DNA of 64,000 nt from the human T2T-CHM13v2.0 reference genome, Homo sapiens. Positions 16,811 through 31,556 of this stretch are shown here, piece by piece. The notes below the pieces were generated by a model, which saw only the letters and a program-made list of their open reading frames with translations, was not told the origin of the DNA and searched no databases. The stretch's first letter is position 1. Each line of letters starts with the position of its first letter. Where the stretch lies: assembly GCF_009914755.1 (NCBI RefSeq), contig NC_060927.1; one strand, given 5' to 3'. Made by a program: the position numbers and the translations under genes.

Positions 16811-19324
16811 GAATGTGCTACCTTTTGTTTAACCACCTTCCTACTGAGTTACAAGTGAGTCATTTCAAATATTTTGCTCTTATAGATACTGTTGCAATGA
16901 ATATATTTGTTCATACCTTCTTAGGTACATGTATAGATATGAAAAAAGTAATTACTGATCTTAGGATATACACATTAAAAGCTATAACCCTAACAAATTA
17001 CCTTTCCACATGCCTGTCCCAGTTTATTCCCTCATCAGCAGTGCATCATGGAACCCATTTCCCTGTACTTTCACCAAGATTTGATAGCAAATATTTCATT
17101 TTTGCTTAATGAGAACAAAATGTTATCTTATTGTGGCTTTTATTTGTATTTATTAGATTAGTAGAAATATATATTACCTTTTCATGAGTGTATTGCTTAT
17201 GTGTATTTTTCTTCAATAAACTACCTGTCAATATATACATAAGTCTTCTCTAGACTTTATTCTTTGAATCTATTTGCATTTTCCTGCATAGATGCCACAT
17301 TTGCTTAATTACTCTAGCTTTTTAATATGCTTTAATATCTTGGGAAGGGGACTTTTTTCCATCTGTATAGACCATTTTACTTGCAAATTACTTACACAAG
17401 GAAATATCTAATCTCACATTACACTTGTCACCAAATGATAGACACTAATCTCCATTTCTTAGAAATGAGGAAATAAAACCACAAAATGTACAAAGTCAGA
17501 TCTAAAACCCCTACCTTTGGGTCCAGACTTTTCTTCTAAAGTTCTGCAGTTATACCCAGATGCCACAGAAACATAGGATCTTAGAGGAGAAGTAACTTAG
17601 GTAAGATTATCTAATCTAAACTCCTCCTTTTACAGATGAGTAAATTAAGGTGTGGGAAAGCTAAGTACCTAAAACCTAGCATTAGAACACAGATCTTCTG
17701 GTTTTTGGTCAGTTAGGTTTCTATAATGGCAGTATTTCATTAACAAATTCTAGTGGGTTTTTTTCCCTATCACTGTCCTGAAAGAGGAAAAAAATTTAGA
17801 ACCATTGTCAGACCTTTAGTTTTTTTCAGTTTTTTAATTATGAAATAAAGGGAAATAAATTGTTAAAGTTGAGACTGGGCACATACGAGTTCAAACTCAA
17901 GAGTCTTTTATATGTTTATACCAACTCTGTGGGAGAGACAGGGGGAATAAAAGCATTCTCAGTTACAATAATGAATATATTCTGTTTATCCACTGCCCAC
18001 CTCCTGGATGTCTCAAGCATTTCATGGATGGTGCTGCATCTGTAAGCGAGGATGGACAAATGTGTCCAGAACAAGCAATTGTAACTATTGTGAGGCCCCA
18101 TCTGGAACAGAAGGTGATTCAATCTCTTCCTTTGATTGGAATCTTTCATACTTTATTTTTCAGCATTCTGAGCTAGGAAACATGTGAATACTGAATTTCA
18201 ACAGCTATCTCATTTCACCTGATAGTACTTTTCTTTGCCTAGGCAAAGGAACAGAACAGTTTAACCTGCATCACAAACTTCAAAAGAGTTGTAGCTACTC
18301 CTGGAAAGAGAGAGATAGGAGGCTGCCCATGCTTCAACATCCTCTGGATTTTGAGCCAGAATGAAAACAAGAAGAAAACAACACTTGAAGTTCTGACTTA
18401 GTCTGGGCCCACAGTCTCAGATCCTTTGAGTTACACAGCAGGAAGGAAAGAGTCCCCTATGGGGTCATGAACCACATCGTCTGATTGAATAATTGGTGCT
18501 TATTTCTGGGTCCTCAACTTGGCCATCTAACAGCTTGCATGTGCTCCATTTATAGTCCTCAGGCAAATTCTTTAAGCTTTTGGGTTGCATTTTTCATTTC
18601 CATTGGTTATAAATAATAGGTCAGGACAGATGTCTTTAATAGCCTAAGATCTAAAACATATGTTTGTGCAATGAGACCACAGAGGTAGAACTATAGAACC
18701 TGAAGCCAATTTTATTTTTAGAAGAGACTTTAGTTGTCTGTTCAACATATTTATTTTAAACGTAATTTTTGTTCATCCAATATGTCATGCTGTTAAGAAA
18801 CATACCAGATAAGAAGGCCAACCTCCTGCCCTCCAGGAGTACATAATATCATTCCTCAATGCTCGTTCTTCATGCTCAAAGAGTACCAGATTGAAGAACT
18901 GGAGGTCCCAAAAAAGGTAATAGGAGTAAGGTGAAGTTGAAGGGGAGCACACTTTCCCTTCAGTCAGTCTCAAGCCAGTGAAAAATCCCTACCAATTTTC
19001 TTCAGGCCCTTCAGCAGGAATGTAGAATAGCTGTATGGACCTCTCAACTATACATGATAGCTTTGGTCTAATTTATAAAAATGTTCCTTTGTTCCCTCTG
19101 AGACTGCAGTTCTCCTATCTGCACACACACTTTCCTGACTCTGCAGCAGAAACTTAGTTACGAGACCCATTTCTTAGGTCACCCTGTCTTCCTCTTTGGG
19201 TGAAGAAGTTTCCTTCTTCTCAGATATTCCTCCAGTGAATTTTATGTCATTCTTCACTAATTTTGCAGACACTTTCCTGCTCCTTCTGGAGATTTCTGGT
19301 CCTAGAACAACTCCACTACTATGT

Positions 19325-19421
19325 CTCCTTCCTCTTCTTCTTCTTCTTCTTCTTCTTCTTCTTCTTCTTCTTCTTCTTCTTCTTTCTTCTTTCTTCTCCT
19401 TCTCCTTCTCCTTCTCCTTCT

Positions 19422-19456
<35 letters not shown>

Positions 19457-19490
19457 TTTTCTTCCTCTTGTTCTTTCTTCCCCTTTTCTA
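19325..19490. repeat. Compound (TTC)n/(TTCTCC)n polypyrimidine microsatellite
   Basis: About 17 perfect TCT units at 19333-19383, then TTCTCC and further TTC units. Confidence 0.97.
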
Positions 19491-20477
19491 CTTTCTACAA
19501 AAATAAGATGTAAGAGGTAATGATGTTGTGGAACAATCTGAGTTAGGATCTTGTCTCCACCACTTAATATTGGAGTTTCAATGTTCTTGACTGTAAAATA
19601 GATTAAACGTTAACACCTACCTGCCTCAGCAGATTGATAAAATGATTAAGGTATATGAAGCAGATGCCTCTATAAGTATTGGCTCCAGTCTCCTTTTTAA
19701 ATCCCAAATTGCTTTTTATGCTATATACCATCCAACTCCGGTCTGTGGTCATCTTTCTTACTTTTAAAAAAAGTGTTCTTGGCTTTAATCCCTGAATTTC
19801 TCCCTGGACTAATTTTCTCTGTCCTGTGAGCATTGCCTTCAGTTGGCCGAGCCAGCTTTGTCTCCAGTGATGTTCAGCTTTCTCCACCACTACTCGCACC
19901 ACTAGGTTGTTGTAAACTGTAGATCATAGGACCATCTTCTAAGACATCCCCATCATATACCTCCTACAGGTCCTGTGATATGTTGATTAGTTGCTTCTTT
20001 ATTGTGATGGGTAAAAAGGGAACCCTGATTTGCAGTGTGGTGTAAGTATTCTTACTATATCCTACTTCCAGCTACCAATGGTTTAATGATCAGCTTACAA
20101 ATATCCTGAATATTTAATAATAAATCTTTCAACCTATCAAGAGCTAGCTCCAGCATACAGCTGGCAGAGGTTCCAGCTAAATGTTCCTCTTGGTTCAAAG
20201 GGATCTCCTTATAACTCTGTAACTATCAAATTTCACAGGATCTTCTACTATGTCTTGCCTCCACCCTTAGTTTGTAGCCCATTTGCAGTGCTGAAATGAT
20301 TGATATACGATTGAACTCAGCAAATTCCTCAGCTTTTCCTGGACTAGAACGCCTCTCACATCAGACGGTAAACCATTGTCTCTGCCCCGAAGAATTTAGT
20401 TATTGGAACGGATTTTCTTTCTTTTCTTCTTTTCATCTTAAATGTGATGTTATTTATTTAAACCCAAAGAGACACAT

Positions 20478-20823
20478 GCTGTAGGCTCTTTGTGTCCCCC
20501 TAAAATTCATGTGTTGAAATCCTAACCTCCATTGTGATAGTATTAGGAGGTAGTGCCTTTGGGAGGTGACTAGGTTATGAAAGCAGAGTCTCTTATAAAA
20601 GAGACTCTGTAGAGCCCCATTGCCCCTTCTCCTGGAGAGGACACAGCAAGAAGATGGCTGCTCATGAACCAGGAAGCAAGCCCTCAGACACTGAACCTGC
20701 TGGATTCTTGCTCTTGGGCTTCCCAGCCCTCAGAACTGTGAGAAATAAGTTTCTGTTGTTTATAGCCACACAGTTTATGGTATTCTGTTATAGCAGTTAT
20801 AGCAGCCCAAACAGACTAAGACA
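20478..20823 (+). mobile_element. MaLR LTR (MLT1A-like)
   Basis: tgtgtccccctaaaattcatgtgttgaaatcctaacc...agactaagaca. Confidence 0.8.
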
Positions 20824-21454
20824 GGCATATATACAAATAATTTTACTTACAGCCAAGAAAGAGAACCCTGTCAAATTTCTCTCCATTTCTCAGTTGATCT
20901 TGTGAGAGCAGCAGCAGAATGAGAAGAAACTGAGTTAAACTCATGAGATTAAACAAGAAAAAGACTAAGACTTGTCCTAAAGCATGCAAAACAATGATCT
21001 TTATCTTTTAAGCATCATTGTCTAAAACTGCATGATGAAACACAATTCTAGATGAAAAGAATCTAATACTTTAAAATACTTTAAAAACTTTCCGAGCAGC
21101 CAAATGATGCTCAAAAAGAGCAAATCTTCTTAATTTTCTAATTTCTCATTTTATTCTGACAATTTTTGGAAGAGGATCAGAAAGTATCTTTCAATAAAGA
21201 AATTCCAAATTGGCCTTAGTTAAAAAAAATTCTTGACTCTTTTTGTGACACATTTGAATTTCTGGGTTTTGTTTAATCATTATAATTTAATGGATTCAAC
21301 AAAGCTTTTGGGCTTCAAATCAAGTGATTATGATAACCTCCTTTGTGTCTATATATCCCAGAGTCACATGGGTAGTGGATCCATTTGAATCCACTACCTT
21401 TGTGAAATGAACTAGATAATTCACAAATTTCTCTTTTGCTTTGGCTTAAGTCTG

Positions 21455-22290
<836 letters not shown>

Positions 22291-25200
22291 TTTAGGTAGA
22301 AATTTAAAACCCAATATTAAGCGAGCCAGTGTTTTATAAGCCTCTCAGGGTCTGTAGGTGCAAAAAGATTCCACTTTAATCATTGTGATAGACAATAGTG
22401 AGTTTTTAAGACCCTCTTGGCCTTTGAACTCCCCTTCACTGTTTATGAATTCTCTACCTTCTGGGTCTTGGTGAGAGGCTGAGCATTTTCTTTCATCCTG
22501 GACCCAGAAAAGGCAAGATGTGCACTTGCCAGCCTAGGATCTTGAATCAAGCAAGAGCTAGTGATGCAAACAGGTGGACAATGAGAGGTGGAGCAGTGTC
22601 CAATGCCCAGTGGCCATAGTGACAGTAGAGTAAGCTACAACCACGGAGATTCCATGAGCTACCTTATATTCCTTAATAAATGTGTTTTGTGCTTAAATCA
22701 GCATCTTCTGTGTGCATACTACATCATGATGGGTGCAATCGAAGTCACAATAGAAGAATCAAACACATCAAACGACTGTTGTCAACAGTAACTACCTAAG
22801 AGAGAGGATGACCTCATTCTGGCCAATTGAATCTGTCTTCAAAAGCACAAGTTAATTGACAGGAAGAAGCTGAATTGCAATATGGAAAAATAAAGGTTAA
22901 AAGGCACCATCTCTAAGAGAAACCATTAGAGATAAGCATCAGTACACCTAGAGTCTGAGATCCTCATGCACTGGTGATTTAAGAATGAAATGTTTTACAA
23001 AGTCCAAGTTATTTTCCTTCAGTAGCTTTACATTTAAATTTGTATTAACTTACCAAAAATAATTTCAAACCTTTTATGAGCTTCAAGAACAGCAGGCAAC
23101 AAGATATGAAAAACAAATTAATTTTAAGTGAATACTAGTTAGAGCAATGACACTTAGGAAATAAAATTTAACTTGCACACAATTTAACACGCTTGGAATT
23201 GAAACCAGCTATAAAAGTCTGAGATGGTCATAAATATCAGATTTTTATATCGTTTTCCCAAATAATTAAGAAGGCATAGCCATGACAGAACTTGAATTTA
23301 ATGTTTCATCTTTCTCCTCATATGCCTTTGATTAATTTTTGAGTTACAAAATTCTCATAAATTTTGATATTTAGGCTGCTAAACAGATCTGTAGGCAGGC
23401 CAGATAAATACTACAGGAAGAAGAAACAAAAGGGCAGAATCACAGCTTTTTGCAAACACTATTTGGCCAGCTGCATCCCAGCCTCATTTGGATCTACTCT
23501 TAATAGCCTGTCAGCTCTAACCTCAGTCCCTCTCCATGGCCTTAGCAACCCCTGCAACTCTTACTCTACCTTTTGGCAAGAAAGTATGTTGGATTGTTTT
23601 ACTTTTCATTTTTTGGAAATATTTATTCTTAATAACACAGAATGCATGAATACATTCTTGGTACAAAATTCAAACATTACAGAGCAAGCCCCTCTTCACC
23701 ACCACCCACTGTCAATGCTTGCAACCTTCCAGACATTTTTCCAGGTTCATATTAAACTATATACATACAGGTGTAAAAGCCTGGCCTCAACTCTGATTTG
23801 TAAGAAAAATTATTAATATTTAGAGGATGTATTCTAGCTTCATGAAAAAATTACTCCTAGTCCATCAACCCCTTCTATTCTCCCTTCCATCATGGTTGCA
23901 TCTAAACTTGGTAATGGTTAGAAAAGTATCTGGTCCTCTAAATCATCTGCGCCATAGGCATTTAGGAAGAAAACTCTTGTTCCCATCTTTTCAGCTGTTT
24001 AGAACTGGAGACTACCTTTGCCACATTAAGGCTGGAAGATTAAAAATCAGTCTTCTATCTGTAGTGCTATTATAGCAAGAGAATTCCTGCAGTGCCATCC
24101 AGGTTCTTAGCTGCTAAAACTCCCTTTGGGGTCTTTCACCTTCTGGGTACTGCCTGGGAGAGATAGCTTCACTCAAAGGAATCCACAGTCCCATTGCTTG
24201 CTCCATTTGTCCTGTCCTCTCAGTTCAAAGAATTTTTGTTTTGTTTTGCTTTTTAGGCTCGGGGGTAGGATGGGAGAGAAGACTCAGAATTCCCTCTGTT
24301 CCCCTAAAGCTTGGATGCTTTTAAAAAGCAGAGGTAGGAAGAGACATGTAGGTGATATTTCCACCTTTTGTCCACTTACATCTTTCTGCTGAGGTAATGC
24401 GTCTAGAATAGCCACGTTAGAAACAGGAGGGAACGAGGAGACAGTGAAATTATTAGGATAATATTACAAAAAGAAATCATTTTGTACTTATTCTACATGA
24501 ATTATATCATCCTATATGAATTATTCTGTAAATTTCTTTTTCTTCTTATCAATATGCCTTGGTGAGTTTTCTATGTTGTTATATGTAGTTCAACATTATT
24601 CATTCAATAACAATTTATTGAGTCCCTATAGTACACCAGGCAATATCTACTGGGGGCTCCCTATATGCCACTGGAGAAACGGGCTACATCTCTATTCTCA
24701 TCAGTCTTACGTTTTAGAGAGGGAGAAAGATAATAGCCAAATAAGCATGTGCATAACTAATATAATAACATGAAGTGATATGTGCTATGAAGACAAAGAA
24801 AGTGGGTGAAAGGATATAGGCAGGAGTGGCATTTCAGTCAGAGAAGGCCACTCTGCTGAGGCAAAATCATTGCTTTTCACTGTTTCATAGCATCACATTT
24901 CCCTAAAAAAGGATAGTAAGGTTTATTTCCCATTTTTTTTGGCTATTACAAGTCATGTTGTAATATTTACCTCCTCGTGCACACAAATAGTAGTACTTTG
25001 AGTAGACACTGAAAAGTGGAATTACTAGGTCATATTGGCAAACTGCTCTCTGAAATGGATATGTTAACTTGCACTCCCATCAGAAACTGCATGTTCCCTA
25101 CACCTCTTTTAATAGTTAATACTATCAAAATTATTAATTTTACCAATGTGATATATGAAAAAATGATATCTCAGCTATTTTTAATTAGCACTTCTCTTAT

Positions 25201-28200
25201 TACTCTTTAGTTTGAATATCACTTCATACGTTTATTAAACATTCATTTTTCCTATCTTGTAAAATGACATTTTATTTCCTTTGCCCATGTGTTTATGGGA
25301 TTTTCTGTCTTTTTCTTTGGATTTGTTGGCATTCACGTATTCAATTTGTCTTACATATGTTGCAAATATTGTATCTAATTCTTTGTCATATAGAACTTTA
25401 TTTATTCATGTGCTGAATGTATCCATGTATCCCTTTAGTGGTCATATATTTCTCAGTTCTTGAGTTTTTAAATTCAAATTCAGTGTATGTTTGTTAAGTA
25501 TTCCCTATATATAAGACATCGTGCTAGGCAGTTTGAAAGACAGCAAAGTAAATGAGATATGTTGTCTGCCCTCATGAATCTCACAACTTAGTGGTGGAGA
25601 CACATGAAAACAAATACCTGTAAAGCCTAGGGCCTTGATCATCCAGAAAATACCATAAAAAGAATTGCTATGGTAGAGCAATGCCTAAGTCAGAACCAGG
25701 CACCGAGGAATTTTTCACAGATGCAGTAGCTCTGAAGAGAAAACAGCCTTTTGTAAGATACGGGTGAGGGTAAAGACCTTCATCTTAGAAGAAACAGCAC
25801 AAGCCAAGGCAGAATATGCAGTAAGGAAAGGATAGAGAGAAATTTCTAAGAAAGCTGGACAGTGGGTGTGTGGTTAGGAATAAAAGGAGTGTGGCAGAGA
25901 ATAGACTGAAAAGGTAGGATGCAACTATTTAATCTTTTACCCATTAATAAGAAATACTGATAAATTCCACACTTCCTAGTCTTTTTGAAAAGTAGTCATT
26001 AAAGAAAAGAACAATTAACTGTGAGAAGTTAAGCACAAAGCTGGAGTGATTGGGTGAACACAGATAGCCTTGCTCTAGTGTTCGATGGCAGCTGAAGATG
26101 GATTGTCACACAGCCTGTGTGTATGTGTGTGCACTACCGGTGGATCTGCTGGTTTCGACCTGGCCAGAGCCCTTGCCCAAGAACAGCTGCAATTTGCAAG
26201 TCTTCTTAAATCTGTTTTACCATCCTGCAGAGGTAAGAGTTGGATAATTTATGCCCTATGACTTCACAGTCCTCTGGGGAGGCTGCCAAGGAAAGCATGT
26301 TTTGGATAGAAATCTTAAAAAAAAGCAAAAAAAAAAAAAAAAAAAAAGTAAAAACCTAAGCCCAGTTTGGCATAGGGCTAAGGTTTCACATCCAACTCCT
26401 CCCTAGGATCTGCCATTTAATCATCCTCCAGGATGCAAGGGCTGCCATGGGTTACTGGGGATAGCGATTAGGCACCCTTGGGCTGCATCAGCAAACACCC
26501 TCTCCTGATAGGCAGTTGGAAAGTAATGGGATTTGGGTTTTAGTTGTGAGAGAATGATGGAAAATGTTACAAACAGCTGACCTCCTTTGCCCCTACTGAA
26601 ATAGCAGCCTTCCTCTGCACATTTATATGTTGCTTTGGGGAGAGTGACAAAAGACAGATGCTTCTTGCTGGAATGCCAGTTGCTTAATCATTCTTTCTGG
26701 TCCCAAGACATTTACTGTAGCTTCTTGGAGCTGACATCTTGGGCCACTCCTTGGTTTTCAATGTCTTGTAAATTGTGTTGCAATTTTCCATTACATGGAA
26801 TATGGGAAAGTTTGTGGGAGAGTTTTTTTGAAGGTGTTATGTCGCAGATGGTGTCCTCAGCAAAAAGCCTTAAAGTTGGGAGTGCAGGAATTGCAAATAA
26901 ACTGTAAGCTCTGCAGTGAGACACACACACAAAAGACCTGGTCTGGCTCCTGTCTCCCACACGGCTTCACTCAGGTCCGCGGAAGTGTTTATGTCCATTC
27001 CAAGGCTCGGCAGTAACATCTGAGATTAATCTTCTCAACAGCATGACCTGACCACGCAGTGCCCACGACAGAGGAGACCTGCTTCCTCTCTAGGTTCTGT
27101 GGCCTCACAGCACCCAGGAAGCAGCATGGTAGATAAAATGTCCTTCAGAAGTATAGTAAACTCTCATCTTAGCCACAGACTGCCCTCCTCAGCAGGTCTC
27201 TTGCTGTCTGTTTTCAGAAAGATAACATTAAGGAGAAACTGAAAAGTTTTGATGTAGTCAGGCATTTTTATTATGTTAAGAAACAAGAGTAAACGATTAG
27301 TCTCATAATCACATACAACCTGTTTCCCAGGAGGATGGCATGCTTAGGAACAGGCAAATCATGACAGTGATTTGGAAAGATATTCATATTGTTTTCCCTT
27401 AAAAGTCATAACATTTGGTTGAACTTCACGATTCCTCTTGTTTTAGTGTTATCTTGTTAAATTTACTTTTTCTGAATGTGAGCCTGTGAATGTTTTTTGT
27501 CACCCTCCTGTCATATTTACAAATTCTCTTGATTAGCCCCATGACCTCCTTCCCCTGTGCAGAGATGCTTATTTCTTTCCTCCCTGGTGACTATTATACT
27601 CTGAAGAGCTCCCTCCTCAACATGTGGGAGCTTCAAACTGAAGAAGTCACAACTAAAAATGTTTTATCTGTGTGTTGGCCCCCCATGTCTTAAGGAGAAG
27701 AGACATTCTAGGGAGGAACACACCAATGTGTGCATGAGGAGCATTTGGAAACAGGTAGGATGGATAATAAGACTTTGGGTTTCTATGACACTTTTCACAA
27801 GGACATTTAGAAATGTATAAAGATTATTCCCCAAGCCCTCTCTTCAACTGGGTTAAGAGCAAGAATAATTTTCATGTTTTATCAAGAAAAACCAGAATAA
27901 GGAGAATTGTCTCTACTCTGCCAGCTTTACCCAGCTCAGAAACCAAGTCCCACCCTTCTGAGATTAGAGACATCGTCTGTCAGACTCACTGCCTCTCCCC
28001 AGCCTCTCTTTGGTTCTCTACTTTGTATAAACCAATGTTCTTGGCTCCTTATTTAATCTTAAAATCAATGTTGGGTGAATCAGTCAGAATATTTGGACAT
28101 TCTGTTCAGAAAACATTGTAAATTGATCAAGATTTGCTTGTCCTGCAAAACTCTCCTGGCATTCTTAATAGCAGTCTTCTGTCCTCAGATGACCTCATGA

Positions 28201-29479
28201 AATGTAGAGTTTGTGTGAGGAGATGATATGGACAATTTCCCCATTGCCCTGAAAGAGACACACCCTGTTACACTACTTTGCCTTCATCCATGCTGTCCTC
28301 TCTTCCCAGCATGCCTTTCTTCCCTGCCTGCGTCCACCTTCAATGTTCTTATGTGCCTTCTAAAATTAAGTTTGACTACTATCATCCCCCTCATCAAGGC
28401 TTCACACACATACTTCATTTCTCCTTCTTAACAAAGCCCCAATTTTGTTCAAGTCCCACTCACTCCTCTCCCACAAGATGTGTGTCTGAAGAAAGGTGTT
28501 GATCTTAGTCCCATCTGCATGAAAGGACTAATCAACATAAGCAAAATCTCAGTCCCTTTGCCAGGGATTGGCTAAAGAATTGTCATACAGTCTTGGCCAA
28601 TCAGACAGGAGGGAAAGCTTGTGAAGGGCTCTCAGTCCTCATTAGTAAGATGGGGACCAAGAAAGAGATGGTCAGCCCTCTTCCCCTAGTTGTGCCATGT
28701 CTGACTGTGGCCTTAGGGTGGCTGCCTTCCTCTCAGCAACAAGCCAAGTAGGCCAGCTGGCTTCTTAGTAACACTCCATGTTCACTTAACTCTGAGAGTC
28801 TCAGTTTCCTCTTTTTCAAAATGAGGAAGTTGACCTCAATTATCCGTAGCTTCCTTTTAACTTTAGAATACCACACATGCCTCTAAAAGATGATGGGGGA
28901 GGAGATATAGAGGAGGATCTAGGAAGTGAAGAAGGCCACTTAATTTCATCTGTAGCTCTAACCATCTGCTGCTATTAACATGAGCAAGCAGCTATTTGCA
29001 TTTTATGACTGGGTGATCTCAACTCTCTAGTTTAAGAAACAAGTACTAATCTTGGTTTAACCACTAAAATATCCTCACATTTCCCCATTCCCCGAAGTAA
29101 ATCTATTAATATCCCTTTATCTTGTTTGGTAAACAAAATGTTTTTTACTAACATTAAATGAAAAGGGTAGTACAATTCAAGTTTAGGAACCAAAAAGATT
29201 TTTTTCCCCTTAATTTCAAGTTAAACCATTTTATTCTCCTTCTGTAATTGTTCCAAAACCACCCAAGAAGACCTAAAGAATTTGTAAATGGAGAAGTATG
29301 GAAAAAAAATTTTTTTAATGCAGGATTACATTGCTTAAGGTTAGTAGATCTTAGCTTGCTTCGAAATGTTAAGAGACTTAAGTTGAAGCACCATCTAGTG
29401 GCTCTCAATTGTGTTCTGCTAAAAATTGCTCCCAGTCTCCCTGTATTTAGGACCACAGTTAATTTGTTGGGCATGTATA

Positions 29480-29918
29480 TCATTGACCCTGGAACAGCAA
29501 GTTGAAAGTGCACAGATCTACTTATATGTGGATTTCTTCCACTTCTGCGTCCCCTGAGACAGCAAAACCAACCTCTCTACTTCCTCCTCCTCTTCAGTCT
29601 ACTCAATGTGAAGACAACAAGGATGAAGACCTTTATGATGATTTACTTCCGCTTAATAAATAGTACGTACATTTTCTCTTCCTAATGATTTTCTTAATAT
29701 TTTCTTTTCTCTAGCTTTCTTTATTGTAAGAATACAGTAAACAATACATATAACATACAAACTATATATAAATCACTGTTTATGTTATCAGTAAGGCTTC
29801 TGGTCAACAGTAGGCTATTAGTAGTTAACGTTTTGGGGGAGTCAAAAGTTATATGCAAGTTTTCCACTGCATGGGGAGTTAGCACCCTTAACCCCCATGT
29901 TGTTCAAAGGTCAGCTCT
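29480..29918 (+). mobile_element. Tigger2a/MER28 DNA transposon
   Basis: Terminal inverted repeats (ttgaccctggaaca...tgttcaaaggtca); internal cccctgagacagcaaaaccaacc motif. Confidence 0.8.
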
Positions 29919-30660
29919 ATATGAACACATGAGAGGGTTCAGAAAAAAAAAGTGGAGTTTTTTTTATCTTTATATAGCAGTGGGAGGATGGGGGTAGTAG
30001 CTGTAGCTTTTTACTCTTTCAATCTAATCATGGCAGTGAGAATGGGATAAAGAAATTACGTGAATTCACATAAATCTCTTCTAGAAACAATAAAGTTCAT
30101 CCAGTGGAAAAAAGAATTAATACAAATTTAATACAAATAAAATTTCATAGATTTCATTTCTCCTGTTTCTCCTACTCACATTCTCTCTAAAAGCCCATAA
30201 CGGTATCTTTATCTTCCTTCTGAATCCCATAATGTAGACATGTTCTCACACATCTAGGGATTGGCTATTAGATCATTTTTATGTATCTCCAAGTTCTCAA
30301 GCCCCTTCCCACAACAAGCCCAGAGCATCCCTTGCATTTATATAACCAACAATTTTTCTTGAACTGTCATAGAGATAACATTCATATCTATGATTCCTAT
30401 CTTCTGAAGTTACATCTTTTCATTACCTCTATGGGCAGAATGAAAATAGACCATAACAATTGCACATGAGTAGGAACATCTGTTTCATTGTCACTAGGGG
30501 AAGAACAAAAATTGGACATGAAAATGGATATGAGTAGAAAATAATTTGTAGCAAGATTGACACAAACCTTCAGATTAACAAACTAGGTATTTGTATCAAT
30601 TAGTATTAAGTTTAGCTGCGTGTAGAGTAAAACCAAAAATAACACTGGCATGAACAAAAT

Positions 30661-30666
30661 TTTATT
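30661..30666 (-). terminator. Candidate poly(A) signal AATAAA for CD200R1L
   Basis: TTTATT on the + strand, about 230 nt downstream of the stop codon, inside an MLT1-type LTR. Confidence 0.6.
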
Positions 30667-30897
30667 CACTCTAACACAAAAGAAGTCAATGAATAGGTGG
30701 TTGAGGGTTTATAGGGAAACTTCATGGTCATCAAGCCCAGGATCCTTCTTCCATCTTTCTTTTCTTCTATCCTACTGAGTGGCTTCTATCCTTAACATCA
30801 TCCATGGCCCAAGTTCACTGCTGGACCATCACTCATCTCACCAATGTTGCAGTCCAGAGACAAGGAGGAGAAGCAAAAGAAGACCCTTCCTTCTTCT

Positions 30898-30910
30898 TTA
30901 AAGAACTTTT
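30898..30910 (-). CDS. CD200R1L: CD200R1L terminal coding segment (R)KVL*
   Basis: Acceptor actttcag|A AAA GTT CTT TAA; phase 2 matches the TM exon. With a 249-nt IgC exon the exons sum to 816 nt (271 aa plus stop). Confidence 0.85.
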
Positions 30911-31556
30911 CTGAAAGTATTACACAAGATTTGTATTTATATCTCATTTTCCAGAGCTTATGCAAGTGGGCATACTCAGCAAAGGAAACTGAGAAATGCC
31001 TTTTAGCTAAGTACATTCCAATAATAAATTAAATTGGAGTTATGCTATTAATCAATGTGTCAATTACCTAAGACACCAGGAATGCTGTATAACAAACAAC
31101 CATAAAACCTCTGTGGCAACAATTGCTTATATGCCTGGGATCAAGTGGAGGTCAGGTCTTCTCATCTTGACTGAGCTTACTCATATGTTTAGGGGATGGC
31201 TGACTATTGCATCTTCTAGGTTGGCCTCAACAGAGAGGTAGGGATGGGACTGAGGGGACACAGCTCTGATCTACATGGTTCTCATCCTCCATCTGGATAG
31301 GCCAGGCATGTTCTCATGGAGTAACGAGTAGAACAGAACTTCTTGAGACCTGTGCTCAAAACAGAAACATTAACACTTCCACCTCATTTTGTTGGCCAAA
31401 GCAAACTGCATAGGATGGATAAATATGTACTCTCTGTATGGAAAGAACTCTAAAGTCAACTGAAAAATTACATGGATAGACGGAGAGGTGAAGATTCAGA
31501 GTCATGGATATACTCATCTGCCACAAGGAGAAAGGGGAGGATGAGCATTGGACCAG

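Larger units (their letters stand above)
30592..31010 (-). mobile_element. Old MaLR LTR (MLT1K/L-like) hosting the CD200R1L last exon
   Basis: tgtatcaattagtattaagtttagctgc...aaccaaaaataacactggc...tttatt and atctcatttt ccagagctta...agcaaaggaaactgagaaatg match the reverse of old MLT1 LTR consensus motifs. Confidence 0.7.

Noticed and set aside
19196-19520. Poly-Leu/Phe/Ser ORFs
   Set aside because: Translations of the TTC microsatellite.
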